Of a DNA stretch of 12,371 bases, positions 1-7,942 are shown piece after piece (positions within the stretch are counted from its first letter, which is position 1; the number at the start of each line of letters is the position of its first letter). The position numbers and the translations under genes were made by a program. This stretch comes from Tolypothrix carrinoi HA7290-LM1 (GTDB taxonomy: Bacteria > Cyanobacteriota > Cyanobacteriia > Cyanobacteriales > Nostocaceae), in NCBI GenBank assembly GCA_019358935.1, contig JAHHIK010000165.1, positions 1-12,371 of the forward strand. The letters are read 5' to 3'. Under the pieces are notes generated by a model. That model was not told the DNA's origin. It was given only the letters and a program-made list of their open reading frames with translations, and searched no databases.

Positions 1-105
1 TTGCTTTCTAATTATTTAATTCAGCAACTAAAACGCCCAAGTATTCTTATGCGCTTGGTTTGATTTAGATTGTCGCGAGGTAGAGCGCAGCCCTGCCCGC
101 TATTT

Positions 106-126
106 GTGCCAGTTGCGTAAGTCCTA
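106..126. mobile_element. Probable terminus of a cyanobacterial MITE-like dispersed repeat (GTGCCAGTTGCGTAAGTCCTA)
   Basis: Resembles the recurrent cyanobacterial intergenic end motif TAGGACTTACGCA (reverse complement), recalled from memory. It ends in TA. The partner end is not in the window. Confidence 0.4.
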
Positions 127-162
127 AGTTAATTACTGATTTGAAATTAGTGGTTTCTGGCA

Positions 163-768
163 ATGTTCAATTATAAAACCAAAAAACAATGGCTGGCGAT
201 GATTTTGCTAAGTTTGATATCTGCGCTAATATTAGCGATCGCCTCCATATCTTTCTCAATATATTCTTACGGTAACAATAACAATCTTATCAAAGCTGAT
301 GCGGCAATTGTCCTCGGTGCAGCAGTTTGGGGAGAAGAACCATCTCCGGTTTTCCGCGAACGAATAAATCACAGCATTAATCTTTATAAAAATGGCGATG
401 TTCTAATGATTATTTTTACTGGGGGAATTGGCGAGAAAGGTGAATCTGCGGAAGCGATCGTTGGTAAACGCTATGCTATAACCCAAGGAGTCAAATCAGC
501 GGATATTCTGATTGAAACTGAATCTCGAACTACTAACCAGAATCTCAAAAACGCTCAAAAGGTAGCTGATGAATATCAATTAACTAAGTTTCTTATTGTT
601 AGCGATCCTTTGCATCTTAAGCGTTCCGTGTTGATGGCGCAAGATTTGGGAATGGATGCGTATCCATCACCAACACCGACTACTCGTTATCGCAGTTTGA
701 ATAGTCAGTTGGAGTTTCTCATGCGAGAAACGTATTTTTATTTTGTTTATCTTGTGTTTAAAATTTAA
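163..768 (+). CDS. YdcF/SanA/ElyC family (DUF218) membrane-anchored protein
   Basis: N-terminal TM helix; DAAIVLGAA, IIFTGG, ILIETESRTTNQN and IVSDPLHLKR motifs typical of DUF218. Confidence 0.88.
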   Translation: MFNYKTKKQWLAMILLSLISALILAIASISFSIYSYGNNNNLIKADAAIVLGAAVWGEEPSPVFRERINHSINLYKNGDVLMIIFTGGIGEKGESAEAIVGKRYAITQGVKSADILIETESRTTNQNLKNAQKVADEYQLTKFLIVSDPLHLKRSVLMAQDLGMDAYPSPTPTTRYRSLNSQLEFLMRETYFYFVYLVFKI

Positions 769-774
769 AATAAT

Positions 775-921
775 GTAGTGGGCACGAAGAGTGCCCATTT
801 TGAGCGATAAATCGCTCACCCTCCGGGTTCTGAAGTCGCTCATGGGGGAGACCACGGCAGGTGCTTTATGCCGGGGAACCCGTCCACCGCACTGCCTCCC
901 CAAGACCGCGCTGGCTCACTA
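775..921. repeat. Composite nested palindromic repeat cluster between convergent genes; possible terminator function
   Basis: Hairpin TGGGCAC/GTGCCCA (779-797); hairpin TGAGCGAT/ATCGCTCA (801-818); GCTCAC direct repeat at 814-819 and 914-919; inner GGCAGGTGC...GCACTGCC element (856-896). GC-rich patch in AT-rich flanks. Confidence 0.7.
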
Positions 922-933
922 TTTAATTTTTTA

Positions 934-1428
934 TTAACCTTCGATGAACTTCAGAGAAACACCGTTCATGCAGTAGCGCTTACCGGTGGGTTTAGGACCA
1001 TCGTCAAATACATGACCCAAATGTCCGCCACAACGATGACAATGAACTTCAGTTCTAGTCATAAATAATGACTTGTCTACGGTTGTAGCGATCGCACCTT
1101 CGATTGGTTGGAAAAAACTGGGCCAGCCTGTGCCACTATTAAATTTTGTATCAGATTTAAAAAGTGGCAAATCACATGCTGCACACACATAAGTACCCTT
1201 ATCATACTCTTTATCCAGCGGGCTAGTGTGAGCGCGTTCAGTTCCATGTTGACGCAGCACTTTATATTGTTCTGGTGTTAAAATAGTACGCCACTCTTGT
1301 TCAGTTTTCTGAACTTCAAACTCGTTATTTGAGATTGCCATAACTTCTGACCTGCCAAGTAAATAATGTGATAACCATGCTGTGCCAAGTACTGTTGCAC
1401 CAGCCTGCAAAAAATGCCGTTTATTCAT
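934..1428 (-). CDS. msrB: Peptide-methionine (R)-S-oxide reductase MsrB, Zn-binding type, with Tat-like N-terminal leader
   Basis: [42 protein letters not shown] and RYCMNG motifs; leader [15 protein letters not shown]. Confidence 0.96.
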   Translation of the reverse strand: MNKRHFLQAGATVLGTAWLSHYLLGRSEVMAISNNEFEVQKTEQEWRTILTPEQYKVLRQHGTERAHTSPLDKEYDKGTYVCAACDLPLFKSDTKFNSGTGWPSFFQPIEGAIATTVDKSLFMTRTEVHCHRCGGHLGHVFDDGPKPTGKRYCMNGVSLKFIEG

Positions 1429-1668
1429 AATTTAACGTATGTTCGTTCTTATTTGATTTGGCTTTCCTTTTTGTCTAAGATTGTTGGCTAATTGAGAATA
1501 GGTAATTATTTTTATTATCCATTACTCATTACCGACCTCACGGTTAATATCAGCGGAACTAACGAACCTGATATTACTTACTTTTATTTATTTAGTGCAA
1601 GCAATTACTTGCGTATATACTTAATTATACTCGTTCTGCTGAAAAAACGACTTAGAGAAGCGATCGCA

Positions 1669-1773
1669 ATGATAGATAACTTTAGTAGCGCTCAAGAATG
1701 GATCGTTGTATTTGGCTATGTAGGTTTTACACTCTTTGTCGCGTGGTGCGTGTTCGCTACAAAGAAAAAATAA
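1669..1773 (+). CDS. Putative 34-aa single-pass membrane protein (MIDNFSSAQEWIVVFGYVGFTLFVAWCVFATKKK)
   Basis: ATG at 1669 inside the 1492..1773 ORF; purine-rich AGAGAAG upstream; about 19 hydrophobic residues followed by a KKK tail. Confidence 0.5.
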   Translation: MIDNFSSAQEWIVVFGYVGFTLFVAWCVFATKKK

Positions 1774-1803
1774 ACCAAGATTTACCGGCTTATAGCTGAC
1801 AAC

Positions 1804-2103
1804 TTATGACGACTTCGGAAAAAAACTGCATATCAGCTTGCCCGCATCGTTATGCTTAAATGGTAAAACAGTTTTATCTTGTTGAATTTTAACTCTAGAG
1901 CGGCAGTTGTAGACCTCGATAGGTGTTTTAATTCCATCAAAACTAATGGCTGCTCTGTATTCCCAATAATTTTTCGCGCTTCGTTTTATACTGAGAATAC
2001 AAATCCGGTGATTGTCGTAATTGCGGCATACAGCGGCTTTAGCCGGAAGCGCCACTGAGAAAGAAAGTATTAATAGCAGCACAAAGATAACATGTTTGAT
2101 CAT
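1804..2103 (-). CDS. Small secreted hypothetical protein with 4 Cys
   Basis: Signal peptide (MIKHVIFVLLLILSFSVALPAKA, AxA cleavage site); mature part has 4 Cys and an SAKNYWEYRA motif. Confidence 0.75.
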   Translation of the reverse strand: MIKHVIFVLLLILSFSVALPAKAAVCRNYDNHRICILSIKRSAKNYWEYRAAISFDGIKTPIEVYNCRSRVKIQQDKTVLPFKHNDAGKLICSFFPKSS

Positions 2104-2147
2104 TTGTGATATTCGATGCTTTTGGGTTCTGGGAAATTGCCTATATT

Positions 2148-2176
2148 GTAGAGACGTTCCAATGGAACGTCTCTAC
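2148..2176. repeat. GTAG-capped REP-like palindrome
   Basis: GTAGAGACGTTCCA-A-TGGAACGTCTCTAC, a perfect 14-bp inverted repeat 11 bp past the kinase stop. Confidence 0.85.
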
Positions 2177-2187
2177 GACGGTTGCTG

Positions 2188-4203
2188 TTAATTCAGACGC
2201 CAAATTTTGATAATATTGTCAGCACTACCGCCACTAGCAATAGTTCGTCCATCCGGACTGATGGCGATCGCATAAACATAGCCAGAATCTTTCTTTAATG
2301 TGCGAATTTCTCGCCCGGTTGCTGTATCCCACAATTTGATTGTGTTGTCATTACTACCACTTGCCACAATTACACTATCTGGGTTTTTACTGTATCCTCC
2401 TTTAGGGATATAAGCAACAGAAGTAACTTTGTCATCATGTCCAGTTAGGGTGTGGATTTCCTTTCCTGTATTTAGATTCCATAATTTGATTGTCTTGTCT
2501 TTACTACCGCTAGCAAGTTGCTGTCCATCGGGACTAAAAGCAATGGAGGAAACAAAATCCAAATGTCCCGTTAAAGTGCGGATTTCTTTACCTGTGTTTA
2601 GATTCCACAGTTTGATTGTTTTGTCATAACTACCGCTAGCAAGAGTTAAACCATCAGGACTAAAGGCAATAGAAGCAACGCCACCAGAATGTCCCGTCAA
2701 AGTGCGGATTTCCTTGTTTGTTTCTAGATTCCACAGTTTAATCGTCTTATCCAAACTGCTACTAGCTAGCAGCTTACCATCTGGGCTGAAAGCCACAGAA
2801 GCAACGCTGTTAGAATGTCCTTTCAGGGTACGGATTTCTTCTCCTGTGTTTAAGTTCCACAATTTGATAGTTTTGTCAACACTACCACTGGCTATAGTTT
2901 GTCCATCCGGACTGATAGCGATCGCGTAAATGTATGACGAATGTCCTTTAAAGGTGCGGATTTCCTGTTTAGTTGTTAGATTCCATAATTTGATCGTCAG
3001 ATCGTCACTTCCAGTCACAAGCATCTGTCCATCGGGACTGAAGGTGACAGAATTAACATCGCTGGAATGTCCTTTTAGGGTATCTGGTTGATCGGAATTT
3101 TCCGAAGCTGTCTTTACAGGCTGGCTGGGAGAAGACTTAGTGATTGCAAGCGGGCGAAATTGTGAATACCAAACTCCTGCTATTGCCAACACTAGGATAC
3201 CAGCACTTACAATCAGTTGATTTTTTAGGCGATCGCCTAATTGTGGCGATCGCGCTTCGGTATAAATTAAAGTTGAAAGTGCTGTTGACGGTGGTGATAC
3301 AGACATCAAGTCACTGAGGACTTCATCCGCTGATTGATAACGCTTTTCGATATCTGTTTTCAACAGCTTGTCCAAAACCTTACCCAATTTTAAGCGTGAG
3401 GTTATTCCACTACTAGAATTATGCAAATATTTTCGCCAAGACGTAACCCAACTAAAACCCTGTTCCATCCAAAGTTGAGATGGACGAATTCCCGTCAGCA
3501 GGTGAAAGCAAGTCGCACCCAAACCGAATAAATCACTAGCGGGATAAGCTTTTCCATCTTGCATTTGTTCAATTGGGGTATAGCCATGCGAACCGATAGC
3601 TGTCCCCGTTTTCATCATGACTGTTGCCGAGAGTTGCTTTGAGGCACCAAAATCAATTAAGACTAATTGTCCGTCATTTTGACGGCGAATAATATTCTGT
3701 GGCTTGATATCTCGATGAATTACGCCGCGATCGTGAATAAACTTGAGAACGGGTAATAATGAGAGCAAAACTTCTCGAATTTTACTTTCGCTAAATGTTC
3801 CCTGTTGTTGCAATTCTTTAAGTAAATTTTGCCCATCAATAAACTGCTGGACTAAATATAAATAATTATCTTGTTCAAAGTAAGCCAAAAGCGTGGGAAT
3901 TTGGTTATGTTCTCCCAATTGTTGCAGCCGCTTCGCTTCTTCTCTAAATAGCTCAACTGCTTTACGCAATGCCGAAGCTTCCTGAATTTTCGGTGCTAAT
4001 TGTTTGACAACGCACTGTTCGTTCAGCTTATCTACATCTTCCGCTAGATAGGTTCTGCCAAATCCACCTTCATCAGATAATAATTTGATAACTCGATAAT
4101 GACCCCTTAAAAGGGAAATTAATGGAGTATCGCAATACTGGCAATATTTGCTACCATCTGGATTTAGGGGGTCTTGGCAATCGGGATTCAGGCAGCAGAG
4201 CAT
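2188..4203 (-). CDS. Membrane Ser/Thr protein kinase: N-terminal 4-Cys zinc ribbon, Hanks-type kinase, TM helix, 7 WD40 repeats
   Basis: CLNPDC...CQYC; EGGFGRTY, VVKQL, HRDIKPQN, DFG, GYTPIEQ, SDLFGLG; TM LIVSAGILVLAIAGVWY; 7 GH..W repeats. Confidence 0.95.
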   Translation of the reverse strand: MLCCLNPDCQDPLNPDGSKYCQYCDTPLISLLRGHYRVIKLLSDEGGFGRTYLAEDVDKLNEQCVVKQLAPKIQEASALRKAVELFREEAKRLQQLGEHNQIPTLLAYFEQDNYLYLVQQFIDGQNLLKELQQQGTFSESKIREVLLSLLPVLKFIHDRGVIHRDIKPQNIIRRQNDGQLVLIDFGASKQLSATVMMKTGTAIGSHGYTPIEQMQDGKAYPASDLFGLGATCFHLLTGIRPSQLWMEQGFSWVTSWRKYLHNSSSGITSRLKLGKVLDKLLKTDIEKRYQSADEVLSDLMSVSPPSTALSTLIYTEARSPQLGDRLKNQLIVSAGILVLAIAGVWYSQFRPLAITKSSPSQPVKTASENSDQPDTLKGHSSDVNSVTFSPDGQMLVTGSDDLTIKLWNLTTKQEIRTFKGHSSYIYAIAISPDGQTIASGSVDKTIKLWNLNTGEEIRTLKGHSNSVASVAFSPDGKLLASSSLDKTIKLWNLETNKEIRTLTGHSGGVASIAFSPDGLTLASGSYDKTIKLWNLNTGKEIRTLTGHLDFVSSIAFSPDGQQLASGSKDKTIKLWNLNTGKEIHTLTGHDDKVTSVAYIPKGGYSKNPDSVIVASGSNDNTIKLWDTATGREIRTLKKDSGYVYAIAISPDGRTIASGGSADNIIKIWRLN

Positions 4204-4634
4204 ACTGGGAATCCATTTGCACTTTGGGTATATGTTAATTTATGACGTATAATCTTGCTATCTGCTATCAGGTGGACATCAAATAGCCATATGTATGACA
4301 TCACCGAAGAGCGATCGCTCTTAATAATTGCATCAAATAAACCACTTTTATAATGGGAGTTACCCCTCATCACCTTTGTCACTCAGTATTCCTTGGTATA
4401 TATAATAATATAGAAGTATATATTTATTCTAGTGTTTAAATCAGTTATTGACTAACTTTATAACTCAGTAAATTTATTCAAAGCAAATGAATATAAGTAT
4501 TCTTAGTAATTTAAAATTTTAGTTTGGCATGGGAACGAAATAAACTTATCTCGTTCTAATAAATCAGCATAAAGTAGATGAAATTAACACGTCAATAATA
4601 AAATATTGTCGGGTATAACCTACCTTTAAACTCA
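4204..4634. promoter_or_regulatory. AT-rich divergent intergenic region, expected to hold the promoters of kinase 1 and the Pro/Thr-rich gene
   Basis: Head-to-head gene geometry and very AT-rich sequence; no specific operator identified. Confidence 0.5.
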
Positions 4635-6449
4635 ATGTTTTCATCAACAATGAGGAACGCAATTATGGCAATAAAAAGCAAATATAACTATCGAGACAAA
4701 TTAGACTTTATTTTGATTTGTTTCATGAGCAGTAGTTTTTTGATAAGCAGTTACGCCCTACCTCTAAGTGCTTTAGCAAGCCTTCAACCAGGTGGAAATT
4801 TCATCATAGCTAAACCACCAGATGAAAGACAACCAGAAGCAGTACAACAAGGAATCGAGCAAATTCCTGCTACTCAACCGTCCGCATCTCCAAAACCTAA
4901 CCCACCTATTGATTCACCCATACCCCCTGCGACACCTGGTACAACCACCCCAACACCACCAGCACCTACATCTACACCTCAACCCGTCAATACCCAACCA
5001 ACACCGACACCACCAGCACCTACATCTACACCTCAACCCGTCAATACCCAACCAACACCGACACCACCAGCACCTACATCTACACCTAGACCCGTCAATA
5101 CCCAACCAACACCGACACCACCAGCACCTACATCTACACCTAGACGAACCAATCCTGTAAATACCGAGCCAACAGCACCTACATCTACACCTAGACGAAC
5201 CAACCCTGTAAATACCAAGCCAACAGCACCTACATCTACACCTAGACGAACTAACCCTGTAAATACCGAGCCAACAGCACCTACATCTACACCTAGACGA
5301 ACTAACCCTGTAAATACCGAACCGACACCACCTACATCTACACCTAGACGAACTAACCCTGTAAATACCGAACCGACACCACCTACATCTACACCTAGAC
5401 GAACCAACCCTGTAAATACCGAACCAACAACGCCAGCACGTACATCTACACCTAGACGAACTAATCCTGTAAATACCGAACCGACACCACCAGCACGTAC
5501 ATCTACACCGAGACGAACCAACCCTGTAAATACCGAGCCAACACCACCAGCACGTACATCTACACCGAGACGAACCAACCCTGTAAATACCGAGCCAACA
5601 CCACCAGCACGTACATATACGCCTAGACCATCGACACCGACATATTCCAACCCGACACCGGAGCCTTCACAACCTCGTGTTCCTTCAAGACGGGGCGATC
5701 GCAAGCCAGCTACTAATCGAAGTATAGAAAGTTCGCCTGTTTCTCCATCTAGACCGCTTAATTACAAGCAAATTAACTTTGTAGATATCGCCTTTGGTGT
5801 TTTGGCTCCGGGTGACTTTAAGTCTCAAGGTAGATATTTTCATTTCTACCAGTTTCAAGGCAGAGCAAACCAACTGATCCAAATTAGACTAGGTGGCAGT
5901 GTCGATCAACGCCGCTCAAGCAACCTAAGTTTAGATCCGTTCATGTTTTTGCTTGACCCCAACAACAACGTTCTGTTAAAAAGAGGCAGTGGGGGAGCAA
6001 ACAGTGAAGTTAAAGATGCTTTCGTATTTGTCCGACTGCCTGCAAACGGTACTTATACGATCGCAGTCACTAGCCAAAATCCTGGCGATAAAGGTCGCTA
6101 CAGTCTCGCACTCAGAAATGACCGAGCCAGCTACAGTCTAGATTCGGAAAGCGAACTGACACCTCAAAGCCTAAGAAGGCAAGATGGCAGCGTTTACGAT
6201 ATTTCCAAGTTTCAAGGCAAAAAAGACCAACTTGTTAGTATTCGTGTAGATAGTGTCTATGAAGAATTTTCTCCTTATATAGTGTTGCTAGATTCTCAAG
6301 GCAAAATTGTCGCCGCTGATAATGCCAAAGATGGCAAGTACAGTGCTTTAATTGACCGAGCTAGGTTGCCTAAAGATGAAACTTACTACGTAGTGGTGAT
6401 TTCTGGTAATTCACTCCAACGCGGTAAATACCGATTGACTGTTTTCTAA
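4635..6449 (+). CDS. Exported protein with a Pro/Thr-rich tandem-repeat stalk and two C-terminal PPC-like beta-sandwich domains; start may be 4665
   Basis: Hydrophobic leader; repeat stalk; two domains with YQFQG..QLIQIRL..LDPFMFLLDP..LPANGTYTIAV..GRYSL and FQGKKDQLVSIRV..FSPYIVLLDSQG..YYVVV..GKYRL. GAGG at 4652-4655 precedes ATG 4665. Confidence 0.85.
   Translation: MFSSTMRNAIMAIKSKYNYRDKLDFILICFMSSSFLISSYALPLSALASLQPGGNFIIAKPPDERQPEAVQQGIEQIPATQPSASPKPNPPIDSPIPPATPGTTTPTPPAPTSTPQPVNTQPTPTPPAPTSTPQPVNTQPTPTPPAPTSTPRPVNTQPTPTPPAPTSTPRRTNPVNTEPTAPTSTPRRTNPVNTKPTAPTSTPRRTNPVNTEPTAPTSTPRRTNPVNTEPTPPTSTPRRTNPVNTEPTPPTSTPRRTNPVNTEPTTPARTSTPRRTNPVNTEPTPPARTSTPRRTNPVNTEPTPPARTSTPRRTNPVNTEPTPPARTYTPRPSTPTYSNPTPEPSQPRVPSRRGDRKPATNRSIESSPVSPSRPLNYKQINFVDIAFGVLAPGDFKSQGRYFHFYQFQGRANQLIQIRLGGSVDQRRSSNLSLDPFMFLLDPNNNVLLKRGSGGANSEVKDAFVFVRLPANGTYTIAVTSQNPGDKGRYSLALRNDRASYSLDSESELTPQSLRRQDGSVYDISKFQGKKDQLVSIRVDSVYEEFSPYIVLLDSQGKIVAADNAKDGKYSALIDRARLPKDETYYVVVISGNSLQRGKYRLTVF
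4945..5625 (+). repeat. Coding minisatellite: about 3 x 54 bp, 5 x 51 bp and 4 x 57 bp units
   Basis: TPTPPAPTSTPQPVNTQP x3; RRTNPVNTEPT(A/P)PTSTP x5; RRTNPVNTEPT(T/P)PART(S/Y)TP x4; shared DNA core ACATCTACACC. Confidence 0.92.
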
Positions 6450-6451
6450 TT

Positions 6452-7483
6452 TTAATGAGACATCCGCCAAATCTTGATAGTTTTGTCCTTACTACCACTG
6501 GCGATCTGCTGTCCATCGGGACTGAAAACGACAGACCAAACTCTGTTGACATGTCCTTTGAGGGTGCTGATTTCCTCTCCTGTAGACATATTCCACAATT
6601 TGATAGTGTCGTCCCAACTAGCACTAGCTAAAGTTTTGCTATCGGGGCTAAAGGCAACAGACCAAACTTTATCGCTATGACCTGTTAGGGTGCGAATTTC
6701 TTCTCCGGTAGGTAAATTCCACAATTTAATTGTGTCGTCCCAACTGCCACTGGCAAGAGTCTGTCCATCTGGACTGAAGGCGACAGAATTAACAGCGGCA
6801 TCATGACCTTTTAATGAGCGGATTTCTTTTCCTGTTGCCAAATCCCACAGTTTTATGGTACTGTCAAAATTATTACCACTGGCAAGAGTTTTGCCGTCAG
6901 GACTGATAGCGACAGATGTAACTACATCACAATTCGCTTTCAGCGTGCGGATAACCACTCCGGTAGTAACATTCCACAGTTTGATTGTCTGATCCCAACT
7001 GCCACTAACTAAACTTTGCCCATCTGGGCTAAAAGCGATCGCCTGAACTGAAACTGAATGTCCCCTTAAAGTGCGGATTTCTTGTCCGGTTGCCAAGTCC
7101 CACAGTTTGACAGTCTTGTCACTGCTGCCACTGGCAAGAGTTTTGCCATCGGGACTGAAAGCGACGGAATTAACCCAGTCAGAATGCCCTTTTAGGGTAC
7201 GGAGTTCCTGTCCCGTCGCCAGATTCCACAGTTTGATAGTCTTGTCAGTACTAACACTAGCAAGCGTCCGCCCATCCTTGCTCATAGCGACAGCCCAAAC
7301 TGAATCGGAATGTCCTTTCAAAGTCAAGTTGTTTGAAAAGGTTTCCCTAAGTGTCTTTACAGGCTGATTGGAACCAGAGGCAGCACCAGATGCAGCTAAG
7401 GGAAACTCCCAATAGAAAATTGCGCCAAATCCCAAAAGCGCGATCGCTGCACCAGTGAAAAGTTTAATTTTGAAGTAAGTCAT
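6452..7483 (-). CDS. WD40-repeat protein (7 blades) with N-terminal signal or TM anchor and no kinase domain
   Basis: Hydrophobic LFTGAAIALLGFGAIFYW, then 7 WD40 repeats. In-frame TAA stops immediately upstream of the ATG. Confidence 0.93.
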   Translation of the reverse strand: MTYFKIKLFTGAAIALLGFGAIFYWEFPLAASGAASGSNQPVKTLRETFSNNLTLKGHSDSVWAVAMSKDGRTLASVSTDKTIKLWNLATGQELRTLKGHSDWVNSVAFSPDGKTLASGSSDKTVKLWDLATGQEIRTLRGHSVSVQAIAFSPDGQSLVSGSWDQTIKLWNVTTGVVIRTLKANCDVVTSVAISPDGKTLASGNNFDSTIKLWDLATGKEIRSLKGHDAAVNSVAFSPDGQTLASGSWDDTIKLWNLPTGEEIRTLTGHSDKVWSVAFSPDSKTLASASWDDTIKLWNMSTGEEISTLKGHVNRVWSVVFSPDGQQIASGSKDKTIKIWRMSH

Positions 7484-7518
7484 GGTTTACAGACCTTACA
7501 GATTCCGCAGTTAAACAA

Positions 7519-7560
7519 CTTCAATGCTGTGCCCCGACAGTAGCGAACTCAGCATTGGAG
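7519..7560. repeat. Hairpin upstream of the WD40-only gene, possibly a decayed REP-like element
   Basis: CAATGCTG (7522-7529) pairs with CAGCATTG (7550-7557). Confidence 0.45.
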
Positions 7561-7657
7561 GTGTTATGGAAATACCTTTATCTACTCATTAAAGCGATCG
7601 GATTCCTAATTTTCTGCCACATTTTGTTATCTTTTTTCTCCTAACTGCAAAAAATTA

Positions 7658-7942
7658 GGCATTGACATTGGGCATTGGGCATTGGGCAATGGGCAATGGG
7701 CAATGGGCAATGGGTAATAGGTAATGGGTAATGGGTAATGGGCAATGGGCAATGGGCAATGGGCAATGGGCAATGGGCAATGGGCAATGGGCAATGGGAA
7801 TAAAAAGAAGCGATCGCGTATTTCCATGCCCGATGCCCCATGCCCGATGCCCGATGCCCGATGCCCGATGCCCGATGCCCGATGCCCAATGCCCGATGCC
7901 CGATGCCCGATGCCCGATGCCCGATGCCCAATGCCCCATTCC
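7658..7942. repeat. Two oppositely oriented STRR-like heptamer arrays: about 20 x GGGCA(A/T)T, then about 17 x GATGCCC, separated by a HIP1-containing spacer
   Basis: Directly visible at 7658-7801 and 7826-7942; GCGATCGC at 7810-7817. Confidence 0.95.

Noticed and set aside
667..1068. ORFs 667..903 (-) and 868..1068 (+)
   Set aside because: They run through the repeat cluster and antisense to real genes; no protein features.
1492..1668. N-terminal 59 aa of the 93-aa ORF
   Set aside because: Non-ATG start in AT-rich promoter-like DNA; ATG 1669 is more plausible.
4381..4470. Near-NtcA box GTA-N8-TAT (4386-4399) and ACTCAGTA / GTATATAT direct repeats
   Set aside because: Imperfect and short; expected by chance in very AT-rich DNA.
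4945..5625. Thr-Pro repeats as substrate of the neighbouring kinases
   Set aside because: The protein appears exported while the kinase domains are predicted to be cytoplasmic.
4822..5704. His/Gln-rich and Gly/Val-rich ORFs; CRISPR-like periodicity
   Set aside because: Alternate frames of the coding minisatellite; no unique spacers and no cas genes.
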